Assembly: GCA_963742735.1 (NCBI GenBank)
Contig: CAVUMN010000004.1
Location: 960,001-1,024,000 of the forward strand
DNA length: 64,000 bases
Source of the DNA: an uncultured Actinomycetes bacterium
GTDB taxonomy: Bacteria > Actinomycetota > UBA4738 > JBBDTT01
Direction: 5' to 3'
The notes below the pieces were generated by a model. That model was not told where the DNA came from, ran no database searches, and saw only the letters and a program-made list of their open reading frames with translations. The position numbers were made by a program, and so were the translations under genes. This document shows positions 30,933-44,563 of the stretch, piece by piece (position 1 is the stretch's first letter; every line of letters starts with the position of its first letter).

Positions 30933-31586
30933 ATGGCAGCCGGCACCGGCCCCGTCCCGTTCACCGACAACTACTCCGACCACTCCACCGAGGCCGGCTA
31001 TCAGTTCGAGTTCTTCTGTGAGCGCTGCGGCAACGGCTACAAGTCGGCGTTCGACGCCTCGGCGATGGGGGTCGGCGGGAAGGTGCTGGGGGCGCTCGGG
31101 GGCCTGTTCGGCGGCAAGGTCGCCAGCGCCTCGTACGGTGCGGAGCACCTGAAGGACCTCACGGGATCCCAGGCCAAGGACAAGGCGTTGACGAAGGCCG
31201 TCCAGGAGATCTCGCCGCTGTTCAACCAGTGCCACAAGTGCGGCAACTGGGTGTGCAAGAACATCTGCTGGAACGAGGAGGTCGGGCTCTGCGTCGACGA
31301 CGCGCCGAAGCTCGAGCAGGAGATGGCGTCCGCCCAGGCCCAGGCCCAGCTCCAGCAGGTGAAGGACAAGATCGCGAAGACCGACTACACGGCCGGGATC
31401 AACGTCGAGCGCAAGCAGGTCGCGCTCTGCCCGAGCTGCGGAACCGAGGCTCCGCCGTCGGGCAAGTTCTGCGACAACTGCGGCGCGGCGCTGGCCGGCG
31501 TCCCCGTCGTGTGCGGCAAGTGCGGCACCGAGAACGAGCGCGGCAAGAAGTTCTGCGCCGAGTGCGGCAACTCGCTCACGGCCTGA
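30933..31586 (+). CDS. Multi zinc-ribbon protein (double zinc ribbon C-terminus)
   Basis: CERC, CHKC..C..IC, CPSC..CDNC, CGKC..CAEC; GGAGG RBS. Confidence 0.85.
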   Translation: MAAGTGPVPFTDNYSDHSTEAGYQFEFFCERCGNGYKSAFDASAMGVGGKVLGALGGLFGGKVASASYGAEHLKDLTGSQAKDKALTKAVQEISPLFNQCHKCGNWVCKNICWNEEVGLCVDDAPKLEQEMASAQAQAQLQQVKDKIAKTDYTAGINVERKQVALCPSCGTEAPPSGKFCDNCGAALAGVPVVCGKCGTENERGKKFCAECGNSLTA

Positions 31587-31587
31587 C

Positions 31588-32787
31588 GTGACGGTCCAGA
31601 AGGGACAGGTCTCGCTCGACGGGGCCGCGGCCGTCGCGGCGTCGGTCGAGGTCGGCGAGGACGCGGTCTCGATCGCCCCGGAGGGCGCCGAGCCGATCGC
31701 GCTGGCGCTGGTCGACATCACCGACCTGTTCGACGACGACTACACGCTGCGGCTCACCGACTACGCCGGCGCGCGCTACGACCTGTCGATGCTCGGGACG
31801 GCGTACGGGCAGGTGGTGGAGGAGCTCCGCCAGCGCCGGGACGACCGGCTCCAGAAGGAGCTCCTGCTGACCGGCGTGAAGCTCGCCGACACCTACCCCG
31901 GCAAGCTCTTCGGCGGCGCCGAGCCGGCCGACGTGGAGATCCGCCTGTTCGAGGACTCGCTGGTCGTCGTCCCCTCGCGGGCCCAGATGTTCGGGATCCC
32001 GTACTCGTTCGTCGAGGGCGTCGAGTGGAACGAGGAGCTCTACCAGACGACCGTTCGCGCCGACGACGGCCAGACGCTGGTGTTCGGACACCTGGCGAAG
32101 CGCTCGGAGGAGTTCCGCGACGAGCTCAACCGACTGATGGCCGCGCTGGCGAAGCGAACGGCCGACACGTTGGGGGCGTTGCTGCCGGGAGTGTCCGCCG
32201 ACACGGCGGGCCGACTGGCGGCCGTCATGCGAGACGGGAGAGCCGCGCAGCAGGCAGCGGTGGATGCCATCGACCCCGCGTTGTGGCCTCTGCTCGAGAC
32301 GGCGGTCGTGGGAACCGCGGAGCTCCGCGAGACCTACGAGCACCTCAAGTCGATGACGCCCGCCGGCCAAATGGCGCTCGGCATCAAGTCGGTGAAGGCC
32401 GTGGAGGCCGAGCCGGGGGAGGAGCCGCCGCCGCCGGCCCAGGGCGACAACCACCTGTGGTTCTTCGCCCCGGTCCTGGAGAAGGGCAAGGCCATCGCCC
32501 ACGAGATCACCAGCGAGGAGGGCCACGCCACCTACCTCTACCGGACGGGGGCGGACGAGGTGGCCGCCTCGATGGCCAGGATCAACCGGGCGATCCTGAC
32601 GCTGAACTTCCGGCGGGAGCCGATCTACGCCTCGGACGAGGAGCTCCAGACCGGGAAGTTCTCTCGCTACCGGGTGGCCCTGCGCTCGCTGGACTACCTC
32701 AGATTCGCCCGCGAGCGGTTCCTGGGGAGAGCCATCCACAACGACTCGTGGGCGAGGCAGGTCGACGAGGCCGTGGCCAAGGGTTGA
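31588..32787 (+). CDS. Hypothetical protein (possibly tandem PH-like domains)
   Basis: 399-aa ORF with host-like codon usage, 1 nt after the zinc-ribbon gene. Confidence 0.72.
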   Translation: MTVQKGQVSLDGAAAVAASVEVGEDAVSIAPEGAEPIALALVDITDLFDDDYTLRLTDYAGARYDLSMLGTAYGQVVEELRQRRDDRLQKELLLTGVKLADTYPGKLFGGAEPADVEIRLFEDSLVVVPSRAQMFGIPYSFVEGVEWNEELYQTTVRADDGQTLVFGHLAKRSEEFRDELNRLMAALAKRTADTLGALLPGVSADTAGRLAAVMRDGRAAQQAAVDAIDPALWPLLETAVVGTAELRETYEHLKSMTPAGQMALGIKSVKAVEAEPGEEPPPPAQGDNHLWFFAPVLEKGKAIAHEITSEEGHATYLYRTGADEVAASMARINRAILTLNFRREPIYASDEELQTGKFSRYRVALRSLDYLRFARERFLGRAIHNDSWARQVDEAVAKG

Positions 32788-32838
32788 GCGGTTCACCCCT
32801 GGGTTGAGAGAATCAGCCACCAATAGAGGAGGCATGCC

Positions 32839-33042
32839 TTGGCCGTCATCAAAACGATCGATCTCGTGGGGGTCTCGTCGGAGTCGTGGCGCGACGCCGC
32901 GCAGCAGGCCCTCGCCGAGGCGTCGAAGACCCTTCGAGGCATCGAGGGGATGGAGGTGCTCGAAACGTCGGCCCAGGTCGACGGGAGCCAGATCTCCGAG
33001 TACCACACGCACGTGCGCATCAAGTTCCGGATCGAGCGGTAG
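32839..33042 (+). CDS. Dodecin family flavin-binding protein
   Basis: K.IDLVG.S.ESW.DA...AL.EASKTLRGI..EY..IKF. Confidence 0.92.
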   Translation: MAVIKTIDLVGVSSESWRDAAQQALAEASKTLRGIEGMEVLETSAQVDGSQISEYHTHVRIKFRIER

Positions 33043-35675
<2,633 letters not shown>

Positions 35676-35683
<8 letters not shown>

Positions 35684-36145
35684 GGGAAGTCCGCTGGTGG
35701 GGATCCTGACCGGGTCCGCGTCGGACCTCCCCGTGATGAACCAGGCCGGCGCGATCCTCGAGCGCTTCGAGATCCCCCACGAGATCAACGTGATGTCCGC
35801 CCATCGCAACCCCGAGGCCGTGGACGAGTACGCCAAGGGCGCCGAGGCCCGCGGGATGCTGGTCCTGATCTGCGGCGCCGGCCGCGCCGCCCACCTGGCG
35901 GGCGCGGTCGCCGCGCGGACGATCCTCCCCGTGATCGGGGTTCCGGTGAGTGCCGATCAGCTCGGCGGCGCCGACTCCCTGTACTCGACCGTGCAGATGC
36001 CGAAGGGCGTCCCGGTGGCGACGGTCGCCATCGACGGCGCCACCAACGCCGCCATCCTGGCCGCCCAGATCATCGCGGTGGGCGACGAGAAGGTCCGCAC
36101 CAAGCTCCGCGAGTTCAAAGAGTCACTCGCGGAAGGCTTCAAGCT

Positions 36146-36149
<4 letters not shown>
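35676..36149 (+). CDS. purE: N5-CAIR mutase
   Basis: GS.SD, SAHR, AG.AAHL.G, PVIGVP, QMPKGVPV. Confidence 0.97.
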
Positions 36150-37453
<1,304 letters not shown>

Positions 37454-37457
<4 letters not shown>

Positions 37458-38341
37458 GCACCGAGCTGTTCGCCCAGGGGAAGGTCCGCGACATCTACGA
37501 GGCCGGACCCGACCGGCTGCTGATGGTGGCCAGCGACCGGATCTCCGCGTTCGACGTCGTGCTGCCCAACCCGATCCCCGACAAGGGCCGGGTCCTGAAC
37601 GCGCTCTCCCTGTTCTGGTTCGAGAAGACCGCCGGCCTGGTCGAAAACCACCTGATCTCCGCGAGCGCCGGCGAGTTCCCCGAGCCGTTCACCGGCCGGG
37701 GGGATCTGGCCGGGCGGGCGATGCTCGTACACCGCGCGGAGATGTTCCCGATCGAGTGCGTCGCCCGCGGGTATCTCTCCGGGTCCGGGTGGAAGGAGTA
37801 CCAGGCCAGCGGGTCGGTGTGCGGCATACCGCTGCCCGAGGGCCTGACCGAGTCCGACCGGCTCCCCGAGCCGATCTTCACGCCGGCCACCAAGGCCGTG
37901 ACCGGACACGACGAGAACATCTCGATCGAGCAGGCCGCGGAGATCGTCGGCGAGGGGATGGCGCAGAAGCTGAAGGAGCTCACCCTCCGCGTCTACGAGC
38001 TCGCCGCCGGGATCGCGCTCGAGCGGGGGATCATCGTCGCCGACACGAAGTTCGAGTTCGGGTTCGTGGACGGCGAGATCGTCCTTGCGGACGAGGTGCT
38101 CACGCCGGACTCCTCGCGGTTCTGGCCGGCGGACGAGTACGCGCCGGGCGGGGCCCAGCCGAGCTTCGACAAGCAGTACGTGCGCGACTGGCTCGACGAG
38201 AGCGGGTGGGACCACGAGCCGCCTCCGCCGGACCTGCCGGCCGACGTGGTGGACGCGACGGCCCGCCGCTACATCGAGGCGTACGAGCGGCTGTCCGGGG
38301 ACTCCTGGCCCGAATATCTCAACCGGATGGGCGCCGAGTGA
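37454..38341 (+). CDS. purC: SAICAR synthase
   Basis: [46 protein letters not shown]. Confidence 0.97.
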
Positions 38342-38613
38342 CCCGGTTTCGCGTCGAGCTGGCCGTATCGTTGAAGCCGGGGTTGCTGGACCCTCAGGGG
38401 AAGACCGTGGAGGGCGCGTTGCCCACGCTGGGATGGGAGAACGTCCGCGACGTGCGGGTCGGCAAGTACGTGGAGCTGACCGTGGAGGCCGACGACCGCG
38501 ACGCCGCCCTGGCCCAGGTCGCCGACATGGCCGAGCGGTTCCTGACCAACCCCGTGATCGAGTCCCACCGGGTGGTCGACGCCCGCGAGGTGGAGACCGC
38601 CGAGATCCCATGA
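38338..38613 (+). CDS. purS: FGAM synthase subunit PurS
   Basis: LKPG.LDPQG..V..VR.GK..L.NPVIE. Confidence 0.96.
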   Translation: MTRFRVELAVSLKPGLLDPQGKTVEGALPTLGWENVRDVRVGKYVELTVEADDRDAALAQVADMAERFLTNPVIESHRVVDAREVETAEIP

Positions 38614-39314
38614 AGCCTCGGATCGGCGTCGTGACCTTCCCGGGTTCGCTCGACGACCGCGACGCGTTGCGCGCCGTCCGGGTCCTGGGCGGCGAGGGCG
38701 TCAGCCTGTGGCACGGCGACACCGACCTGCAGGGCGTGGACGCGGTGATCCTCCCCGGCGGGTTCTCCTACGGCGACTACCTGCGCACCGGCGCCATCGC
38801 CCGGTTCGCGCCGATCCTTCAGGCGGTGAAGGAGCACGCCGCCGCGGGCCGGCCGGTCCTGGGCATCTGCAACGGCTTCCAGATCCTGACCGAGGCGGGG
38901 TTCCTGCCCGGGGCGCTCATCCGCAACCGCTCCCTGACCTTCGTGTGCCGCGTCGTGCACATCCGCGTCGAGTCGACCGACACGCCGTTCACCTCGCACC
39001 TGAACACCCGCGACCTCCTGGAGATCCCGGTGAAGCACGGCGAGGGCCAGTTCGTTGCCGACGCGGAGGACCTCGCCCGCATCGAGGGCGAGGGGCGGGT
39101 CCTGTTCCGCTACGTGAACGCGGCGGGCGAGGTCACCGACGAGGCCAACCCGAACGGCGCCGCCGCGAACATCGCCGGCGTCCGCGACGAGCGGGGCAAC
39201 GTGGTCGGCCTCATGCCCCACCCCGAGCACGCCGTCGACCCCGACACCGGCCCCACCGGGGGCCAGCCGCTGTTCGAGTCGCTGTTCGCCTCGCTCGTGG
39301 CGTCGCTGGCGTGA
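38610..39314 (+). CDS. purQ: FGAM synthase subunit PurQ
   Basis: [29 protein letters not shown]. Confidence 0.97.
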   Translation: MKPRIGVVTFPGSLDDRDALRAVRVLGGEGVSLWHGDTDLQGVDAVILPGGFSYGDYLRTGAIARFAPILQAVKEHAAAGRPVLGICNGFQILTEAGFLPGALIRNRSLTFVCRVVHIRVESTDTPFTSHLNTRDLLEIPVKHGEGQFVADAEDLARIEGEGRVLFRYVNAAGEVTDEANPNGAAANIAGVRDERGNVVGLMPHPEHAVDPDTGPTGGQPLFESLFASLVASLA

Positions 39315-41527
39315 CCGACTCCGCCACCGAGCCACTCCACCGGGCCCTTGCCCTGACGGACGAGGAGTACACCCGCATCGTCGAGATCCTCGACCGCGAG
39401 CCGAACCGGGCCGAGCTGGCGATGTTCTCGGTGATGTGGTCCGAGCACTGCTCGTACAAGTCGAGCAAGGTTCACCTTCGGCGCCTGCCCACCGAGGGCG
39501 AGCACATCCTGGTCGGACCCGGCGAGGACGCCGGCGTGGTCGACGTCGGCGACGGCATCGCCGTCGTCTTCAAGCTCGAGAGCCACAACCACCCGTCCGC
39601 GATCGAGCCGGTGCAGGGCGCGGCCACCGGCGTCGGCGGGATCGTGCGCGACGTCCTGTCGATGGGGGCGCGGCCGGTGGCGGTCCTCGACTCGCTGCGG
39701 TTCGGGCCTCTGGACGACGCGCGCAACCGGTGGCTCGTCGGTGGCGTCGTGGCGGGGGTCGGGCAGTACGGGAACTGCATCGGGGTGCCGAACGTGGGTG
39801 GCGAGGTGGGGTTCGCCCCCGGCTACTCGGGCAACCCGTTGGTGAACGCGATGTGCATCGGCGTCGCTCAGGCCGACCGGCTGCTCCGCGCCAAGGCCGA
39901 GGGGGCGGGGAACCTCCTGGTCCTGATCGGCGCCCGCACCGGCCGCGACGGGATCGGCGGCGTGTCGGTCCTGGCCAGCCGGACGCTGGAGGAGGGCGAC
40001 GACCGCCGCCCCTCGGTCCAGATCGGCGACCCGTTCCAGGAGAAGCTCCTCATCGAGGCGTGCCTGGCGCTTGCCGACGCCGGCCTGCTGCTCGGCCTCC
40101 AGGACCTGGGCGGGGCGGGCATCACGTGTGCGGTCAGCGAGTCGGCCGCCCGCGCGAGCTCCGGGGCGGAGGTCGACCTGGAGGCCATCCCGCTGCGCGA
40201 GGCGGAGATGGAGCCGTTCGAGATCCTGACCAGCGAGTCGCAGGAGCGGATGCTCGCCATCGTCCGGCCCGAGGACCTGGACGCGGTGCTCGCGGTGTGC
40301 GACCGGTGGGGGCTGGAGTCGGCGGTGATCGGCAAGGTCACCACCGACGGCCGGGTCCGGGTCATGCGCCGGGGCCGGGTCGTCGCCGACGTGCCGGCGA
40401 AGGCGCTGGCCGACGAGGGGCCCGAGTATCGGCGGCCCATCGAGCCTCCCGCCTGGCTCGACGACCTCCACGCCGACGACCCCACCTACGCGGACGCGCC
40501 CGACTCGGCGGGGGAGGCCTTCCTGCAGGTTCTGGGCGCGCCGAACGTGGCCGGCAAGCGATGGATCTGGGAGCAGTACGACTCGTTCGTGCAGCACAAC
40601 ACCGTCGTCGCGCCGGGCGGGGACGCCGCGCTGATCCGGCTCGAGGACTCCCTGCGCGCGCTCGCGGTCTCCACCGACGGCAACGGACGGTTTGCCTACC
40701 TGGATCCGTATCTCGGCGCGTCCCTCGCGGTGGCCGAGGCCGCCCGCAACGTCGCGTGCGTCGGGGCACGGCCGATCGCCGTCACCAACTGCCTGAACTT
40801 CGGGAGCCCCGAGAAGCCCGAAGTCATGTGGCAGTTCGCCGAGGCCGTGAAGGGGATGGGCGACGCGTGCCGGGTTCTGGGCACCCCGGTGACCGGGGGC
40901 AACGTCAGCTTCTACAACGAGGCCGAGGGCTCGGCGATCTACCCCACGCCGGTCGTGGGGATGCTGGGCATCCTGGAGGACTACCGGCTGGCGGTGCGCT
41001 CCGGGTTCCCCGGGTCGGGTCTCGCCGTCTACCTGCTGGGCGAGACCAGCGCCGAGCTCGGCGGCTCGGAGTACGCCGCAACCGTCCTCGGGAGGGTCTC
41101 CGGCCACCCGCCGCAGCTCGACCTGGAGCGGGAGCGATACCTGATCCGGTTCCTGGCCGACGCCGCGCGGCAGGACGTGCTGGCCTCCGCCCACGACTGC
41201 GCGGAGGGCGGGCTGGCGATCGCCCTGGCCGAGGCGGCGATCGCGGGCGGGACCGGGTTCGCGGTCTCGCTGCGGGGCGACCTGCCGCCGCACGTCGAGC
41301 TGTTCTCCGAGTCGGCCTCGCGCGTGGTCGTCTCGGTCCAGGCCGCGAAGGCCGAGGCCCTGGAGGCCCTCGCCGCCTTCCACCAGGTCCCGTTCGAGCG
41401 CCTGGGCGAGACGGGCGGGCCCCGGCTGGTGTTCGGCGACGCGTTCGAGCTGCCCCTGGCCGAGGCGGCCGCGATCTACGAGTCGGCGATCCCGAACGCC
41501 ATGGCGTCCCGGGCCGCCGCGAGCTGA
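39311..41527 (+). CDS. purL: FGAM synthase subunit PurL
   Basis: [42 protein letters not shown]. Confidence 0.97.
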   Translation: MTDSATEPLHRALALTDEEYTRIVEILDREPNRAELAMFSVMWSEHCSYKSSKVHLRRLPTEGEHILVGPGEDAGVVDVGDGIAVVFKLESHNHPSAIEPVQGAATGVGGIVRDVLSMGARPVAVLDSLRFGPLDDARNRWLVGGVVAGVGQYGNCIGVPNVGGEVGFAPGYSGNPLVNAMCIGVAQADRLLRAKAEGAGNLLVLIGARTGRDGIGGVSVLASRTLEEGDDRRPSVQIGDPFQEKLLIEACLALADAGLLLGLQDLGGAGITCAVSESAARASSGAEVDLEAIPLREAEMEPFEILTSESQERMLAIVRPEDLDAVLAVCDRWGLESAVIGKVTTDGRVRVMRRGRVVADVPAKALADEGPEYRRPIEPPAWLDDLHADDPTYADAPDSAGEAFLQVLGAPNVAGKRWIWEQYDSFVQHNTVVAPGGDAALIRLEDSLRALAVSTDGNGRFAYLDPYLGASLAVAEAARNVACVGARPIAVTNCLNFGSPEKPEVMWQFAEAVKGMGDACRVLGTPVTGGNVSFYNEAEGSAIYPTPVVGMLGILEDYRLAVRSGFPGSGLAVYLLGETSAELGGSEYAATVLGRVSGHPPQLDLERERYLIRFLADAARQDVLASAHDCAEGGLAIALAEAAIAGGTGFAVSLRGDLPPHVELFSESASRVVVSVQAAKAEALEALAAFHQVPFERLGETGGPRLVFGDAFELPLAEAAAIYESAIPNAMASRAAAS

Positions 41528-41544
41528 GTGCTACGATCGATCCA

Positions 41545-42969
41545 GTGAGCGACGACGCCTCCGACACTCACTTCCCCGACGAATCTCCTCGCGAAGCGTG
41601 CGGCCTGTTCGCCATCTGGGCCCCCGGCGAGGAGGTGGCTCGGCACATCTACTTCGGGCTCTTCGCCCTGCAGCACCGCGGCCAGGAGTCGGCCGGGATC
41701 GCGGTCAGCGACCGCAGCAACATCCTGGTCTACCGCGAGCTCGGGCTGGTCTCGCAGGTGTTCAACGAGGCCACGCTGGCCACGCTCCAGGGCGACCTGG
41801 GGATCGGCCACACCCGCTACTCGACGACCGGCTCGACCACCTGGGAGAACTCCCAGCCGGCGTTCAAGCACGAGGAGAGCCACGGGCTGGCCCTCGGCCA
41901 CAACGGCAACCTGGTGAACACGGTCGAGCTGGCGGAGCGCGCCGGCTGGCGTGGCGGGGCGACCACCGACTCGGACCTGGTGGCGACGCTGATCATGCGC
42001 GAGGCCAGCCTCGCGGGCGGGGTCGAGGAGGGGGCCATGCGCGTCCTGCCCACCCTGGAGGGCGCGTTCTCGTTCGTCCTGATGGACGAGCGCACGATCT
42101 ACGGCGTGCGCGACCCCCACGGGCTGCGCCCGCTGGCCATCGGCCGGCTGCCCTCGGGGTTCGTGTTGGCCTCGGAGACCGCGGCCCTGGACATCGTGGG
42201 CGCGACCTACATCCGCGAGGTCGAGCCCGGCGAGATGGTGATGATCGACGACCGCGGCATCCGCTCCCGCACGTACGCGGAGAGCCCCCGCGCGGCGCTG
42301 TGCCTGTTCGAGTTCGTGTACCTGGCCCGGGCGGACAGCCGGCTGTACGGGCGCAGCGTCCACGAGGCGCGGCGGGAGATGGGCCGCAAGCTCGCCGGGG
42401 AGGCGCCGGTCGAGGCCGACCTGGTCATCCCGGTGCCGGACACCGCCGCGTCGGCCGCCGCCGGGTTCGCCGAGGCCTCGGGGATCCCGTACGGCGAGGG
42501 CCTGATGAAGAACCGCTACGTCGGCCGGACGTTCATCCAGCCGTCGACCTCCCTGCGCGCGCTGGGCGTTCGGATGAAGCTCAACCCGCTGCCGGAAGCG
42601 ATCGCGGGGAAGCGCCTGGCGGTGGTGGACGACTCGATCGTGCGGGGAACGACCACGCGGCAGATCGTGCAGACCCTGCGCGAGGCGGGCGCCGCCGAGG
42701 TCCACCTGCGGATCACCAGCCCGCCCATCCGCTGGCCCTGCTTCTACGGCATCGACATGTCCACCCGCCAGGAGCTCGTGGCGTCGGACCTCGCCGTCGA
42801 GGAGGTCCGGCGGTTCGTGGCCGCCGACTCGCTGTCCTACCTTTCCCTCGACGCGCTCGTGGAGGCGACGGGCGCGCCGAAGGCGTCGTTCTGCCGGGCC
42901 TGCTTCGACGGGGAGTACCCCGTGGCGGTCCCCGAGCAGGCCTCGAAGTTCGTCCTGGAAAAGCCCTAG
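41545..42969 (+). CDS. purF: Amidophosphoribosyltransferase
   Basis: Propeptide then CGLF, LQHRGQE, HTRYST, HNGN, VDDSIVRG. Confidence 0.97.
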   Translation: MSDDASDTHFPDESPREACGLFAIWAPGEEVARHIYFGLFALQHRGQESAGIAVSDRSNILVYRELGLVSQVFNEATLATLQGDLGIGHTRYSTTGSTTWENSQPAFKHEESHGLALGHNGNLVNTVELAERAGWRGGATTDSDLVATLIMREASLAGGVEEGAMRVLPTLEGAFSFVLMDERTIYGVRDPHGLRPLAIGRLPSGFVLASETAALDIVGATYIREVEPGEMVMIDDRGIRSRTYAESPRAALCLFEFVYLARADSRLYGRSVHEARREMGRKLAGEAPVEADLVIPVPDTAASAAAGFAEASGIPYGEGLMKNRYVGRTFIQPSTSLRALGVRMKLNPLPEAIAGKRLAVVDDSIVRGTTTRQIVQTLREAGAAEVHLRITSPPIRWPCFYGIDMSTRQELVASDLAVEEVRRFVAADSLSYLSLDALVEATGAPKASFCRACFDGEYPVAVPEQASKFVLEKP

Positions 42970-42985
42970 CGCGTACCCTGCGCCC

Positions 42986-43999
42986 ATGAGCGAGGCCTAC
43001 CGCCGGGCCGGCGTCGACCTCGACGCGGCCGCCCGGGCCGTCGACCTGATCAAGGGCGTCGCCGCGTCCGCGACCCGTCCCGAGGTGGTGGAGGGCGTCG
43101 GCGGGTTCGCCGGCCTCTACCGCCTGGACGACGGCCGCATACTGGCGGCGGCCACCGACGGCGTGGGGACGAAGCTCGAGGTCGCCCGCCTGGCCGGCCG
43201 GTTGGACACCGTGGGCATCGACCTGGTGGCCATGTGCGTGAACGACCTGATCTGCACGGGGGCCGAGCCGCTGTTCTTCCTGGACTACCTGGCCACGGGG
43301 CGGGTCGTGCCGGAGGAGGTCCGCGACCTGGTGGCCGGCGTCGCCGAGGGATGCCGCCAGGCGCGGTGCGCGCTCCTGGGCGGCGAGACCGCCGAGCACC
43401 CGGGAACCATGGAGGAGGGCCGGTTCGACCTGGCCGGGTTCGCGGTGGGGGTCGTCGCCGAGGACGAGCTGATCGGGCCCGACCTGGTCCGCGAGGGCGA
43501 CGCGCTGGTGGGCATCGCGTCCAGCGGCCTGCACGCGAACGGCTTCAGCCTGGTTCGGAAGGCGCTGCTGGAGGACGCCGGGATGACCCTCGATGACGTC
43601 CCGGAGGGCCTCGACCGAACGCTGGGCCGCGAGCTGTTGGAGCCGACGCGGATCTACGTCGACCTGCTGCTGCCGCTGGCCCGCGCCGGGGTGCTGTCGG
43701 CCGCGGCCCACGTGACGGGGGGCGGCTTGGTCGAGAACGTCCCCCGGGCGCTGCCGGACGGGCTGGGCGCCGAGATCGACCCGGTCGCGTGGCACGTCCC
43801 GCCCATCTTCCGCATCGTCCGCGACGCCGCCGACGCGACGGAGGACGACCTGCGGGCGACGTTCAACCTCGGCGTTGGGATGGTCGCCGTGACCGCCCCG
43901 GGCGTTGCCGCGAAGGTGATCGACGCCGCCGCCGATGCCGGGGTCCCCGCGTGGGAGATCGGAAAGGTCGTCGCGGGCCCCGGCGTTCGGTTCACCTAG
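42986..43999 (+). CDS. purM: AIR synthase
   Basis: Y..AGVD, DGVGTK, GGETAE, SSGLHANG, HVTGGG. Confidence 0.97.
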   Translation: MSEAYRRAGVDLDAAARAVDLIKGVAASATRPEVVEGVGGFAGLYRLDDGRILAAATDGVGTKLEVARLAGRLDTVGIDLVAMCVNDLICTGAEPLFFLDYLATGRVVPEEVRDLVAGVAEGCRQARCALLGGETAEHPGTMEEGRFDLAGFAVGVVAEDELIGPDLVREGDALVGIASSGLHANGFSLVRKALLEDAGMTLDDVPEGLDRTLGRELLEPTRIYVDLLLPLARAGVLSAAAHVTGGGLVENVPRALPDGLGAEIDPVAWHVPPIFRIVRDAADATEDDLRATFNLGVGMVAVTAPGVAAKVIDAAADAGVPAWEIGKVVAGPGVRFT

Positions 44000-44053
44000 C
44001 CGGACGTCCTTGGCCGCACCGTCAACCCCAGCGCCGGCTCGAACGTCGAACGG

Positions 44054-44563
44054 GTGAACGCGGAGGGAGCCCGCCTGGACGAGGCAACGATCCGGCTCTT
44101 CCTCGAGGCGGAGTACCCACGCCTCGTGGCGGCGGTCGCCCTGGTCTCGGGGAGCCGGGCCGCCGGCGAGGACGCCGTGCAGGAAGCACTGGCCCGGGCG
44201 TGGGAGCGCTCCGACCGCGGCGAGGAGATCGAGAACCTGGGGGCATGGATGACGACGGTCGCACTGAACCTGGCTCGCAGCGGATTGCGACGCCTGCGTG
44301 CGGAGCGACGAGCGAAGGAGCGGATCGCGGACGTTCCTGCTGATCCGGCGCGCGAGCCACTCATGGACCTGGACCGCGCCTTACGCGAGCTTTCGCGCCG
44401 CCAACGGGAGGCCGTCGTCCTCCACTACTACCTGGGGTTGCCGGTCGCGGAGTGCGCCGAGCGGATGCGGGTGGGCGAGGGGACGGTGAAGACGCAGCTG
44501 CACCGGGCCCGGACGACATTGCAACGCGCTCTTGGGGAGAGGGATGACCGTGCCGACCTTTGA
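44054..44563 (+). CDS. ECF RNA polymerase sigma factor (SigE-like)
   Basis: EDAVQEAL, W..VALN, L.RRQREAVVL.Y, GTVKTQLHRAR. Confidence 0.92.
   Translation: MNAEGARLDEATIRLFLEAEYPRLVAAVALVSGSRAAGEDAVQEALARAWERSDRGEEIENLGAWMTTVALNLARSGLRRLRAERRAKERIADVPADPAREPLMDLDRALRELSRRQREAVVLHYYLGLPVAECAERMRVGEGTVKTQLHRARTTLQRALGERDDRADL

Noticed and set aside
39436-42969. 1177-aa ORF as a giant PurF fusion
   Set aside because: The first 700 codons are an Arg/Gly/Pro-rich off-frame read of purL; real PurF starts at 41545
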